A DNA stretch of 64,000 nt from Magallana gigas (taxonomy: Eukaryota): the NCBI RefSeq assembly GCF_963853765.1, contig NC_088859.1:38812001-38876000 (forward strand). Direction: 5' to 3'. Below, one piece after another: positions 37,585 through 50,900 of the stretch. The position numbers and the translations under genes are program-made. Positions within the stretch are counted from its first letter, which is position 1. The number at the start of each line of letters is the position of its first letter. A model generated the notes under the pieces. That model was not told the origin of the DNA and searched no databases. It saw nothing but the letters and a program-made list of their open reading frames with translations.

Positions 37585-37897
37585 TTAAGTAAGGACCAAT
37601 CTAAATAAGGCATTTATGTTTTATTTTTCAGAAGTTCAGAAATGTGTCATATTATTATGAGATTTTGTTTATACATGCTATATGAAGGAAGATCACAACA
37701 ATAAAACTCCTGAAATAATTTTTCTTGAATATTTTTATAGCATTAACTTTTATTAAATAATTGATATGGGTCTCTACACAGAAATAGATAAACAATACGG
37801 CAGCCACTATACAGCAATTCAGCATTCATACAAATCAATCACTTTCTTCTTCCATCAACCTCTCACACAGTATGACGTAGTGATGTGGGATACACTG

Positions 37898-40800
37898 CTA
37901 TGCATTGGCATTAATTTCCTCGGAGTAGATGTGAACTGAATCCACAAATGTCCGCACATTCTCAGGGTCGGTATCCCTGATCACCCCATGACCCAGATTA
38001 GCAATGTAGCGCTGGGGACCAAACTTGGTCACCATATCTTTGACAGCATGCTTCAGTTCATCCTGAAATAAAGCAACATGCTGATATCAACTCACAAGAC
38101 TTCATAAGACAGAGAAGAGCAAGAATTGTCTATCCTGATCAACTAAACATGCTGTTGGACTGAGAACAAAATTATATTTCAAATTTTGTGCAAAACAAAG
38201 AATATGCTTTGTGCATTAAAAGTAAAACCTTTTTTCAGACTGCAAAATGAAACATACAAGCATAAATCATGACAATACCTGTATAAAAAGATATTTACCT
38301 TCGTGGAATACAGCATACATGGATCAAGGTTTCCCTGCAAAGTCACTTGACTTCCAACCAACCTCCTTTAAAAGGAAGATTTAACGTTAAAAATTAACAT
38401 GAATGACTACAGTTAATTTAATGATATCAGTACTAAAGGTGAATCTAACATCCATTGTCATAAATGATGTCACACTATAGATGCATTGAATGACAAATAT
38501 AAATGTTGTGTAAATGATCACCTAGCGTGGGTGGGTTTAATGGTCCAGTCGATGCTGACAACATCATATCCACTGTTAGACAGATCCTCCAGGGCAAAGT
38601 GGACGTCTTTAGCAAACACTGTCTGCAATTCACATAAAATACCCGTTTTCACATCAAACTTTTATAAATTGTCCTACTCTTACTGAAACATTCTTACCTG
38701 TTTTCATTTGTAATTAGTTAAAACACATACCGTAGCTCTTATAACAGTGATCTGTTTTTGTGAAAAATTGAGAAGTAAAATAGCACTAATGAATAAAACT
38801 GATCTTTTTAATTACAACACACAATCTTTATATGTTGGTATTTACCATCGGAACATGTTCTATGTTCTGTTCCGTGAGTCGCTCCTTGACACCGTAAGCT
38901 AACTGTCTGAGGTAAGTCAGTCCAAATTTATTGAACAGCGCAGGACCAAGCTCACCAGCATTACTGTCAAACACCTGGAGCAACTGAAAATCAAACCATC
39001 TTGTGAATATTAAACATTCAATGGTCTTTTAAGTATCTTACCAGTACATGTGTAAATCAAGAATCTAAACAATCATTTGGCATTGACATTCCACAAAACA
39101 AAAGGAAATACCAGTAACTACTGCACAAACATGTTTTTGGTAGTTTTCATAAATAAGAAAGTTACATTAGATTCAGCATTTAAAATCAATACTTGTACAT
39201 AAAACATCACGATACACCTTAATATGATGGACCCAAATTGATACTACTTGTAACTAGATCAGTATCAGTTGATGTATTAGCAGATACAGATCACAATTCC
39301 TAGTCAAGTGTCACTCTGTAAAACTTACCTGAGCACCGGCTTTGACCTGAGCCACAAGGTAATCGATAGTTTTCGTAGTAAGTAGCTTCAGTAAGGTGTT
39401 ACTGGCCTCAGGGTACTGCACCAGCCACCTTCTGGCCTTGGGGACAGGGGCTGACGACGAACCGTCAATCATATATTTCATGATGGTCCACTGAAAAATA
39501 GATGACTCAAATTAAGATTTTTCTGTAAAATTCTTAAACAGAGCACAGGAAAATAAAGCAATACATCTTCAATGATAAAAAATAATTTTCAAAGCAAATT
39601 GCACACATTTCAATATTCTGAGTCAGCATGTGACATTGCTCTCAATGTTGATCATTAATTCTATTACACACACATACACACAGTACTGTATTCCTTTCAC
39701 CTCTATTGGAGAAGACAGTAAATCAATGACTCTCTAATAGACATATATAGAGGGATACTCTCAGAAAGAAAGAAAGAAAGAAAATGAGACAAAGAAAATG
39801 AAAGAGAGAAACTTTGGAAAGTCAAAGTGTTGATCTAAAACTCACAGGAGCACCAGCGAAGCCGATGAGAGGACATCGTCCCTCCAATCTCTGCCTGGTC
39901 AGAGTTATGGCATCCATGACATAATGAAGCTCCTGGGTTACATCAACTATTGTGTTCAGTTTCTTCAGATCTTCAGGAGTTTGCAGTAAAAAGTCAAATG
40001 TCATTCCCTAAAAAGTAAGAACTATACTGTATTCATAAATTTTTGGTTCTACCCTTAGAAGAAAATCTATTTCCCAAACTAATAGCATTGATATCCATGT
40101 TGTTGGTAACATTTATTGCACCAGTATTGTAACACCATAGAAAGTTTTCATAAAAATGACTTCCATCTCTGTACCTTTCCTTCTTCAATTTCTATTCCTA
40201 TCCCTAATGCTTGTGGTATGACTAGAATATCCGAAAAGATGATAGCTGCATCAAGATCAAAGCGTTTAAGAGGCTGGAAATAATCAAAATGAAGTTATTG
40301 AGTCTTATCCGACACAAATAAATCTGATTCTTACCAATCTTAAACAATTTTATAAAATTAATGTAGAAACAACAATTAGAATTCAAAGAACTTACCTGAA
40401 GAGTTATTTCACAAGAAGACTCAGGATTTCTGACCATGTCAAAGAAGGAGGCTGAATGTTTAGATTTAAATTCTCCATATTCTGTAAAATTGAATTGAAC
40501 TTTGTAAGTAATCACTGTAAAAGAGATGATTAAAATATGTGCCTAGTTTCTGTAATATTTCTGTCCCTGTTCCGTGCTTTTCTTGATGAATACACATATG
40601 CTCAATGTAAATTGTTGGAACAAACATATTTGCATAATGGTAATCCTCTTCGAATAGGCAATATTTTCCATAAAATCAAAATATTCTCTGTTATATACAG
40701 TTCTCCTTTATACTGTTCCATGATTTTATGTTCAGGGGCAAAACATCAAGAAAAATACCAGTTAAAAGTATAGAGCATCTGACATTTTTGCAATGCAATC

Positions 40801-41415
40801 AGTGTAGGGTGAAACAAACCACAAAGACATGCAATTATTTTAAGCTGCTTTATCAAGATCATCTTCCCAAGTCAAGGGTTTCTGATCTGCTCCACTCAGT
40901 TTAATTCTCTTGTGACAAGACAAGCGGAGCAGATTGGAACCCATGATTTGGGAAGATGTATCAATATACAATTTAATTTAGAGTATTTTTCATTTTCTGA
41001 TTGGTTTTCGAGAAGTACACTGTGACAGACACTGCATGGTTAAAGGCATGCAGTGACTTTAGAGTATTTCTGTCATTTTCTGACTGTTTTCAATATGAGG
41101 AGACAGAAATGAGTTTGACATAATAATTAAGACATATGCAGAATACATTGTGATAGTACCTGTACAGCGTGTTCTATTTACTGACCTGGCAAATATCGAC
41201 CCGCTTGTCGCATCAGCCAAACCGGTGTACGCTCTGTCTTTTCTCCTCTTGCTGCTCTTAATATCAAATCATTTTTGAGTGGAGGAAAGAACTGTCAAAA
41301 CAGTAAACAATAGTTTTATATAAACTGTATACACCAGATGTCATAAATTATGCACCACTCATGCAATGTTGCATGATAAAAAAAATGTTACCTGTGTTAT
41401 TATTGGCGATGTCAT
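37898..41415 (-). CDS. UROD: Uroporphyrinogen decarboxylase, 10 exons (41415-41392, 41291-41186, 40481-40396, 40273-40175, 40007-39846, 39490-39329, 38983-38846, 38622-38522, 38365-38299, 38062-37898)
   Basis: [54 protein letters not shown] and YIANLGHG motifs; all junctions GT-AG and in phase. Confidence 0.96.
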
Positions 41416-42121
41416 TATAAAAAATCCACAGAGCAATCTAAATACTCAAAATCACAGTGTAAAGCGAACTATTTACATAACATATGGTAAACCGTCAACA
41501 AAATTGCACGACACGTGTGAAAATAAAAATAGAGTTACCTCCCTTTGATTATTTACAACGCAAGAATGTTACGCTGTCGCATTTGTCTTTTTTCACGTAT
41601 TTGCGGGAGGCGTGTTCGAATAATTCGTGTGATTTTAGATGATCTTTTAACGGTTTGTAAGCACTTCAGGACTGATCCAGAGTGCGTGAAACGTCTTGTC
41701 ATTTCAATTTCTTATCCATATATGATAATATCTTTTTTTCCCGTTGTTCTTATCAAAGAATGAAACAACTTGTTTTGTGCCACGTCACTTTAATCTGATT
41801 GCAACTTTAAAACAGGTTTACAGTGTTTACTTCACTTTTAAATAAATTTGTTGCCAAATTATGAAAATAAATAATAGCAACTTTCGAAAAAATAAAGTAA
41901 TTATAAACTCTTTTTTATTTATGGTACACATACACTGTATGAACAAACTTTAACAGCAGTAGTTTCAAGACATGTTGTGGGAATAATATAGGTGGAAGCA
42001 ATAATATCAGATTTTGTGAAATGAAAACTAATGAAAGCATATTTCACACTGTTACATGTGAGTTTAAAAAATATGCAAAAATGCAATGACACTCAACTTC
42101 CAATACTTGTAATGAAATATA

Positions 42122-42296
42122 CAGCAAAACTCGGTTAAAACGAAGTCACTGGGACCTAAGAAATTACTTCGCTATATCTGTATTTCGTTTTAACCGTATA
42201 AGAAATTCATTAAATTTACAAAGCTGGGAATCCAAGATGACTTCGCTATATCCGTGAATTCGCAATATCCGTGTTCGTACTAAACAAGTTTTACTG
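42122..42296. mobile_element. Tc1/mariner-type MITE
   Basis: TA|CAGCAAAACT ... AGTTTTACTG|TA. Confidence 0.7.
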
Positions 42297-43091
42297 TATT
42301 TCACCGATTGTTTCTAATTCAACGATAGATCATAATGATGTCTATCAAAGAAATTTCTTTCGAGCAAGAATAGAGTTTTCAAAAATTAGAAATTCAAATT
42401 CTGCAATGTGTGTGCATATTATTTGCTTGTGTAAACCAAATTTCACTGAAAACCCATATGTAATATTTTTGGTCATTACATTCAATGTGTGCAATTTTTG
42501 TGTTTGTGGGTGGAATAAATACTTTTCAATATTTTTTCTAAAGGGTTAAAAAAACATGTGATTAAAATATATCGTAATTATGATATTTATAGCTATCACT
42601 ATAAATTGCCCTCTGCTTCTGTTTTGCTCGACACCATATAAAACTGAGCCCATCTTTAGCAGTTCAAACACATTGATCACTTTGGTCAGGGATCCTCTTA
42701 AAATTCTGTACATGAGTTGGAATAACCATATATTCCTTTCTTTATCATCATATTTTCCCTATCTTGAATTTATTTCTATCAGCCTAACATAGAAACAAGA
42801 CTTCCATTTTCTAAAATTTTTATTCACTCAAATTAAAAATTAAAAACCTAAGAAAATACAATGAAACAAAAATTGTACAAAGCAGTACCTGAGAATAATC
42901 AAAGATATCACAATATGCTTTTCATATTTCTTTGTTGGCATATTCAACAAAATCATGAATAGATAATATCAATATACCGGTAATATGTTGAAATTTCATT
43001 TATGCCTTACATAATGTGAATGTATCATACAAAATGAGTGTGATAGTATTGATTTCTAGTCTTCATTAAAATTACTGACAATTGAGTACTG

Positions 43092-43150
<59 letters not shown>

Positions 43151-43208
43151 GAATGATTGTTATAATTTCTAGTTCTACACTGTTCACAATGTCTGCTTGG
43201 GTATCCAG

Positions 43209-43253
<45 letters not shown>

Positions 43254-43286
43254 GAATGATTGTTATAATTTCTAGTTCTACACTGT

Positions 43287-46200
43287 TCACAATGTCTGCT
43301 TGGGTATCCAGATTCCAATGCTGACATCACTTCCTGCACTTGCCAAAACCCCATTTTGATAGGCTAACTGCAAACAAATACACATTGACATTAGTGGAAC
43401 AACAATTCACTATTAAAGAAAAGTACTCCATTTGTTAAAAACAGTTTTAAAAAAACTGAGAGTTTAATAATGATGAGTCTCATCTTACTTTCACTGTGGG
43501 GCTCATCTTGGTTTTCAAAAAAAAATTTGTTTACCATTCAAAGTTTAATCTTACTATTCACATGTAAATATTTGACCTATTTACCCTAGTAACTGGAGCA
43601 GTATGGTCATTGATGGTAGTGATTGCTGCAGGGCTCAGGTTGGGCTCCAGGACTTTGATTGTGTTGTCTGTTGAACTTGTAAATATTGCTCCTGGAGAGT
43701 AAATGACCCCCGTGGCCTTGCCTTTATGCCCTACATCATACGTCTTGAAAAAGAGTAAAACATTTTTAATTTTTTCTCAATGCTATGTAAGACATCTTGG
43801 TAAATCATGAGGTAAATTTCAAACAAGTTTCAATATTTCTATGCAAAGCTCATGTTAATGCTTGATGTAATGATAACATTGCATGCAATTATCTTGATAA
43901 GGTACAATCATCAATATACAAGTGAGAGATTTGATAAAGTCCTGAAGAATTTTGCTTGATAAATAATTGAGCTTGCCTTTATATGTTTAAACTGTCCCAG
44001 AGAGGCATCATAGAGCTGGAGATTGCCCTCTTTGTCAGCCACCCACAACTGTTGGTGACTGAAAGATATATCCATTGCAAAACTCTCCAACTGAAATATA
44101 CATAAGTATAACTATATAGGTAAAAAAATCAATTAAACTGTAATAATGAAAATTTTAAAGAAAAATGATAAGAATTCAATATTCCAAATGTGAGAACTTA
44201 TCCTGGTATATGTCCCTGATAATACCTGTACAAATGTATTTGAATCTTATTTCACCTGTATTGTTTTGTACACCTGTCCAGCCCTCCTATCAAATACGGC
44301 TATAGTTTTATCCTCACTTCCTGTTACGATGTATTTATCATCAGCGGCTAGACAGAGAACAGGTCGACGATGATACCGTTTTCTGTGGACCTCACTCTCT
44401 CTGGGGTCAATGATATATACATGACGATCATATCCAGCTGCATAAATCTGATTAGCTTCAAAATGAATTCCTAGAATAGCTGACTTGCATCTGCAACAGA
44501 AAAAAGATTAATAAATCTGTGGTATTATGTTACTGAATTATCAATACTACAAAAAGAAGTTTAAGGCCAAAAAATATCAATGCTTTGTTTCTCAGGCATC
44601 AACTCATCAAGCCAAATGCTGTAAAACTGATTCATTTTGTTGTTATATTGAAAGGGGTAATAACTCAATATAAAAATTTTATCTATAAAATATGAAAATT
44701 ACGTTATTTCCCTTTGCAAATCTTGCATAAAAATTAAGCACTGGGGAGTCTGCTGCCATATTTTGAATTTTTTGACCTGAGAAACTAAAGACGAACTATT
44801 TTTGTCCAATCAGGTCCCTAATAGTGTGTTTACTTGTATTTGTTGTACTCTTTGACCCCGTTGTCAAGGTCCCACAACTTGATGTAGGTGTCCCAGGATC
44901 CGGAGCAGAGCGTGTTCTCATGTGAAGCCAAAGACCATATCCAACCCTACATTAGTACATACCAAATACTGTAAATGTATTACAGTTGGATGTGTATTCT
45001 TTTAAGCATTTTTGGCAGAAAGCGACTTCCTCTAATTCAAGTACATCGCTGATTGCATTTCATTTATGTATTAGAATGAGCACATTCAGAAAAACGTCAA
45101 TTCAAATCCACGCTCACTTGCTGAAAAGTCATTTTATGCCAAATATCGTACACGCTAAATATATTTAATATAATACATTTACAGTACATGCTGCTTTGGT
45201 TCTGAATAAATAACTTCTTGTTATCAAGTTACCTAACTTCCAAGTATCAAAATGAAATCACAATTTTTAAAAATCTTATGTTTCCTTACTTTGTGTGCTT
45301 TGTGATCTGAAAACACTTTCATGGCTTTTATACTAGCTGGATCATCTGGATTATATTTGCTCAAATCCAGAACATTCAGGTACCTGTCTCTTGATCCAGA
45401 TGCTAAAATGGTTCCATTCTATAAGGAAGAAATTTGTATTTACATGTATACCTGTATGTGATGAAATACTCTATACAGGGAAATATTCGCCCCCGTTTTA
45501 TTTTCGCTCGTGTTTTCAGTGGGCAAATTTTAGAACGGGCAATTCAAATTTGACCTATTTACCCTAGTAACAGGAGCAGTGTAAAATTTAAAGTACTGTG
45601 TTAGTTAGAAAGAATATCCAACAAACAACTGTGTCTAGCTGGGTAAATTCAAGGGGGGGGGGGGGTTTTTTAAATAACACAGGGCAAAAACATCCCTGTA
45701 TACAGTACATGTATCATCAAAAAATTAAAAATCCAAAATTGTTCGATGAAATCTATAGGGCTGTATTTGACTTGACTCCTACATTCATCAGATGGACAGC
45801 ATCTACTGGGGCAAAGATTGCCTCTTTGTAGAAGAAATGGTGACATGTTGTGTCAGGTTTACTCCACACTCTAAAACATTCTTCCCTGACAATGCAAGCC
45901 TCCCTCCAACAGAAATTGTCATCTGTACAAAATACATTTAATTATATCATTTTACAATTTCCTGATAAAGTGTCACATCAAAGATAATTTTTAAGCAATT
46001 ATATCACACTTTACACTTTTATTTCAATTGATCTAAGGCTTACCATACACTGGTGGATAGGGTTTTGGCCACTTTTTCTTGATGCGAGTTTTCCAATAAA
46101 TATCACTCACAAACAAATCCTGAAAGCTTCTGCAAACTTTACTTAAGGAATTGACTAGAAATTTGGCATCCAAAAAATTGCAGATGTACATTAGTATCTC

Positions 46201-46362
46201 TATTGGGAGCTTGTCCAGAGTCAGGGGTTCCTCTGAATACTGAACATCGTCTATCTGTAGATCAGTGATGTCAACGCCGTCTTCTATAGAAATGGAGTCT
46301 GATGGGGGATATTTTCCTTGCCCTTCATCAGTACTGATGATTTTGTCGGTACTTTTATCCAT
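43287..46362 (-). CDS. FBXW9: F-box/WD40 protein, FBXW9-like, ~8 coding exons (first 46362-46044, last ~43366-43287)
   Basis: F-box LDKLPIEILMYICNFLDAKFLVNSLSKVC followed by PYPPV and FCWREACI. WD40 segments LASGSRDR, GWIWSL..LCSGSWDTYIKLWDL, YIVTGSEDKTIAVFDRR and VLASAGSDVSIGIW. Confidence 0.85.
45476..45698. mobile_element. MITE in an FBXW9-like intron
   Basis: TA|CAGGGAAATATTCGCCC ... GGGCAAAAACATCCCTG|TA. Confidence 0.7.
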
Positions 46363-47952
46363 CTTGTGTACTAAATCACCACCTTAAATAACAAAAAAGT
46401 ACCATTTGTAAAAACATGCTAACAAATGAATCATGCTTTAAGCTGGTGCAAAAAAAGGAATGGCATGTAGTATAACGGCAGGTCACCATTTGTGCTATTG
46501 ATGTTAGTCACCTACAGAGGTTTGCTCCCAATGTGTAAAAAGTACAAACTGAAAATATTAAATCATAATTATACTACTATCACTTAAACATGTTATTTTG
46601 ATGGTAGATGAGTGGTTATTCTCCCATATATATATTTTACACATTCTGTTACGTAATTTTTGACCTTGCATGTCCAACAAAAAACAAATACTGTACAGTG
46701 ATTTGGTTCCAGTATATTATGCTACTTCATCATTGGTCCATACACTACTGTAATCTGCTGACCAAAAGCACTCTATGTATATAACCAATGAAATCAGTAA
46801 TTAAACTACAAAATCAATGTTGTTACAACCTAGCTGTACTTTAAAAAATCTGTTTTAATATTATAGTAATAAGGTACATACTTTTTTTACACACTGGTTT
46901 AGATAGAGATTGTCTATGATGCTGTCAAACAACAATAAGTACCAGAGCACTGTTCTATTCAAACTGTGCAATCACATGCAGTAGTGTGGGTACATGTCAA
47001 TCATGAAAGATGATAAATTATGGACCTTTACTTTTAGATCCTGGTCAACCACTTAATTACTAAGCAAATATATCCTATACACACACATTGGTTATAGGCC
47101 AACTTTACAAAGTACTGTTTTTTTTTTTTTTAAAGTGATTTATAATCTAACAGACTGAGCCTCATTTTTAAAAATTACTTTACAGCTAATATTTTGTTAA
47201 TAACGCCAACAGACCAATGTGTCCCTTATTTTATAATTAATGCTTACCGTTTTAGTCCACATACAACTGATATATTTTGATTGGCATTCAATGATTCACA
47301 TTAAACTTTAAATCATTTCTAAATAAAGAAACTACTGGCGTGTAGTAACTATTCCAGCAACTTTCACCAAAGGTGCCAAGGCATATTCCTTGAAGAAGCG
47401 TAATATTTTTTCTTTCATATATCAGAAATGCTCCAACTGCAAAATCAATCAGCATTGAATATTTTTAAAACATTAACAAAATAAGGTCGTTTGGAATATT
47501 TTATGAACCTGTTGTTTCGGATGGAACCATGTGGAACAATTATGATATTATGACGAATCACCACTTCCGTAAACAAAGTGACTGTGTAAAACAATTCTAA
47601 AGAAAAAACTATTTAGTGTGTGTGAAGCAAAATGTTGTAAAATATGTGACGACAATTTTAAATCTTGTTTAAATAAAATACTTACTGCTGTACAGATTAT
47701 CTCTTACGCGGTCTGTGGATTGGTGAGTCTGCTTTCAGCATGTTCAGGAAGAGCAAATTGACAAAAGAAAATGCTGAAATTTTTTTTATTAAAAGACTTA
47801 AATTTACAAATACACAAAACTTTATTTTGAAATTAATCAAGAAACAGTTTTCTTAAAAAAAACCAAACAAATATTTATTATAAAATAAAGTAGGCCTATT
47901 TCATAAAAGGTCATTTTCCGGGCATTAGCGCAACCCACCAATGTAAACACAG

Positions 47953-50900
47953 ATGATTGCTAAATCGGTCTGCTTTAGAAAACTTTCCGAAGTGTGTATT
48001 CGAAAGTTAAGCACTGACAACATGTCTATCAAGTTTTCAGCAAACATTACAATGATGTTCTGCGAGGTGCCAACCTTGGCAGAACGATATGGTGCTGCAA
48101 AAGCAGCAGGATTTAAGTACGTGGAGAGTGCCTTTCCCTACTTCGAGCCTTTGGAATCTCTTCGGGATGCGAAAGAAAAAGCGGGCGTGGAGCAGATTGT
48201 AATCAATACCTGGCCAGGTAAAAAACAATTCTCAACAACAATTCTTTAAAAATTAAATAAATGGAAAACCTCGATGCAAATGACAGAAATTTAGATGTTT
48301 TCTATTATTATATTTTTAATAACAATAATATCCTGCTCATTAGCATAGGATCACAGGCTAAAACAGTTAATTGGAGATCCCTTATCTATACATTTTATGT
48401 ATAGGGTATAGTGATTGCCATACAACAGTGATGTCACTCAGTCAGACTGGTTTGAACACCGGCGCAAAATAGCTCAATTGGTATAGCACCTCCGCATGAC
48501 TAGAGATTTGGGGGGCATGGGTTTGAATCCTGATCATTATTTATCCTATTTTGTTATATCTGGTGCTGTGACTAACCATTGGAACTGACAAGTTAACTTC
48601 TGCCAAGAGAAAGATCCGTGGGTGATTTTGAGGGCTGTGGTCTATAAAGGAGGGAGGAATGTGACGGTCCGGATGGTTTGAATACCAGGGTCAGATAGCT
48701 CAGGTGGTAGAGCACCTCAGACTAGAGATTCAGGGGCAATTGTTCAAATTGCAATCTGTTCTGTCATTATTTCTCCCATCTCCACCCCTGGAACTGACTG
48801 TTTAACTCTTGCTTGGGGGAAGAACCTTGGAATGTATTTTCAAGGCTGAAGATCATTTTAAACCCCTGTCACACCAGAGTTGCATCCTTAAGGTGATCCT
48901 GCTCAGTGCTGTCTCCATGAAAAAATACAGAATGCCGAGATGCACGCAGTAGAGTCTCCTACAGCAGGGAAAAATCGAGTTGCATTTTCATTTGTTGTGG
49001 TAGGGTCACTATGCACAAAGTACATGCTGTGGCTATGCATTCTAATAAATACCCAGTAGAAACATAGTATGGTCACCGTGGCATCACAGTAAGGTCTCCA
49101 GCAGCGCCACTATAGCTCTGTTGCTGTGTTACGGTAACACACATTATCGCAGTATAGACAAAGTTGAAGTCAGCGCATAGAGCATGCATTGAATGTGAGG
49201 TTAAAACTCTTAGCACATTTCAGGCACTATGCAAGAGCGCAGGCAATCGCCAAGCAGAACACCAAAGGAATGCAATTACCCGCAGCGGAAGCTCCATAGA
49301 AACGTTTAAGTTGCTATCAGGCTGCCGTGACAATTTTTCCTTATAAAAATTTTATGAAAAAATTGTAAACGTTTTCTAAATTTCCCTGCGATTTCACAGC
49401 GATTCCAGAAATTTTTCAACAGGGTGTTAACTCTGTGGGAACACAACTTGGTGTGAGAGGGCCTTAAGGGGGAAAAAATATGACCATCAGACCGGTTCAA
49501 ATACCTGGGTTAGATAGCCCATTTGGTAGAACAACTAACTAGAGATTCAGGGGCCCAGGTTCAAATCCTAGTCTGGTCCGTCAATATTTCTCCCAGCTTG
49601 TTTCAATCTGTAATGTGAAATCAAGAAACAGTTATATGAAATATTTCTAGAGTATCAGTGTAATATATATAACCATTATATTTCTTTTAATTTATTGATA
49701 TAGGAGATTTGAGTAAAGGAGATATTGGATTAGCTGCTCTTCCTGACAGGCAGCAAGAATTTGAAAGCAAACTAGATTTAGCCATTAAAACAGCAAAAGC
49801 CTTGAATTGTAAAAGGTAAATAATGCTTCTTTTTCATGCAGCTAGATATAACCTGTGCATGTACAGGTTGTTATAGTTATATTTAGTAAAAAGAATTTGA
49901 AAAAGGGGAGATAATTAAAGTATGTGTATTGCCACAACCATGCCTATTCTACTACCCATAAGTGCTTCTATGTTTGCCGTGTAATATGATAGATATTTGA
50001 TTTATGTTGTTTATTCTTAGCAGACTGATTATAAATTTGATATTTGATTCTATTGTTAAAGTTTTGGGAGGGAGCTATGTAATATGATAAAAATTAAGAT
50101 TTTGGATCACAAATCATAGCAGTACATTTAATTATTAATGTTATGTTTTATATTTTATTTTGTAAACTGCTATTAAATATAATTTGACAGGATGTACATA
50201 GAACTTTGTGAATGTATTTATAAAAGATCCAATTGTCACCACTGTCAATCAAACCATATTCTATACAATGAATCGTACAACTAGAAATCAACAAAATTAA
50301 GACTATACAATAAATAGTGATTGAATCCATTGCAGAATTCATGTAATGGCGGGCATGAAGCCAGATAACTGTAATGAGGCCGAAATGGAGAGCACCTATA
50401 TCAAGAATGTAACAATGGCCGCCAAGAAATTCCAACCAGTACGTGCTCACATCTCGATCTCTCCGTAACATCACTATTACATCTACATGTTTATTATAGG
50501 CATTATCATATTTTTTGTAAATTGTTGGAAGGTTTTGATGTTATTTTTATGCATATGAACATTTCCTGATTCCTTTGACAGGAGGGAATAACCTGTTTGA
50601 TAGAGCCCCTCAACAGTAGGATTACAGCCCCTCGCTACTTCCTAACTGATGTGAACAAAGGTAATGTTATGTAATAGAAGAGGACATATTGATTACAAAC
50701 TCAAACCCAGGATCCTTCAGTTATAAAACAAACGCTCTACTGACTGATCGAGCTAAAGGGTTAACCCACTACATGCAGCTAGTGCTTTTCATTTGAGATT
50801 TCTCTCCCATAGAAATCTCACACAAGAGTTTCTTAACTATTCCACATGGGTTATTTTATTGAGGGCCAATATAATAGATGACGAGGAACGACCACAACTA

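Noticed and set aside
26773-43290. Short ORFs containing RERERE or SLSLSL runs (26773, 27795, 27843, 43072)
   Set aside because: These are (GA)n microsatellite translations.
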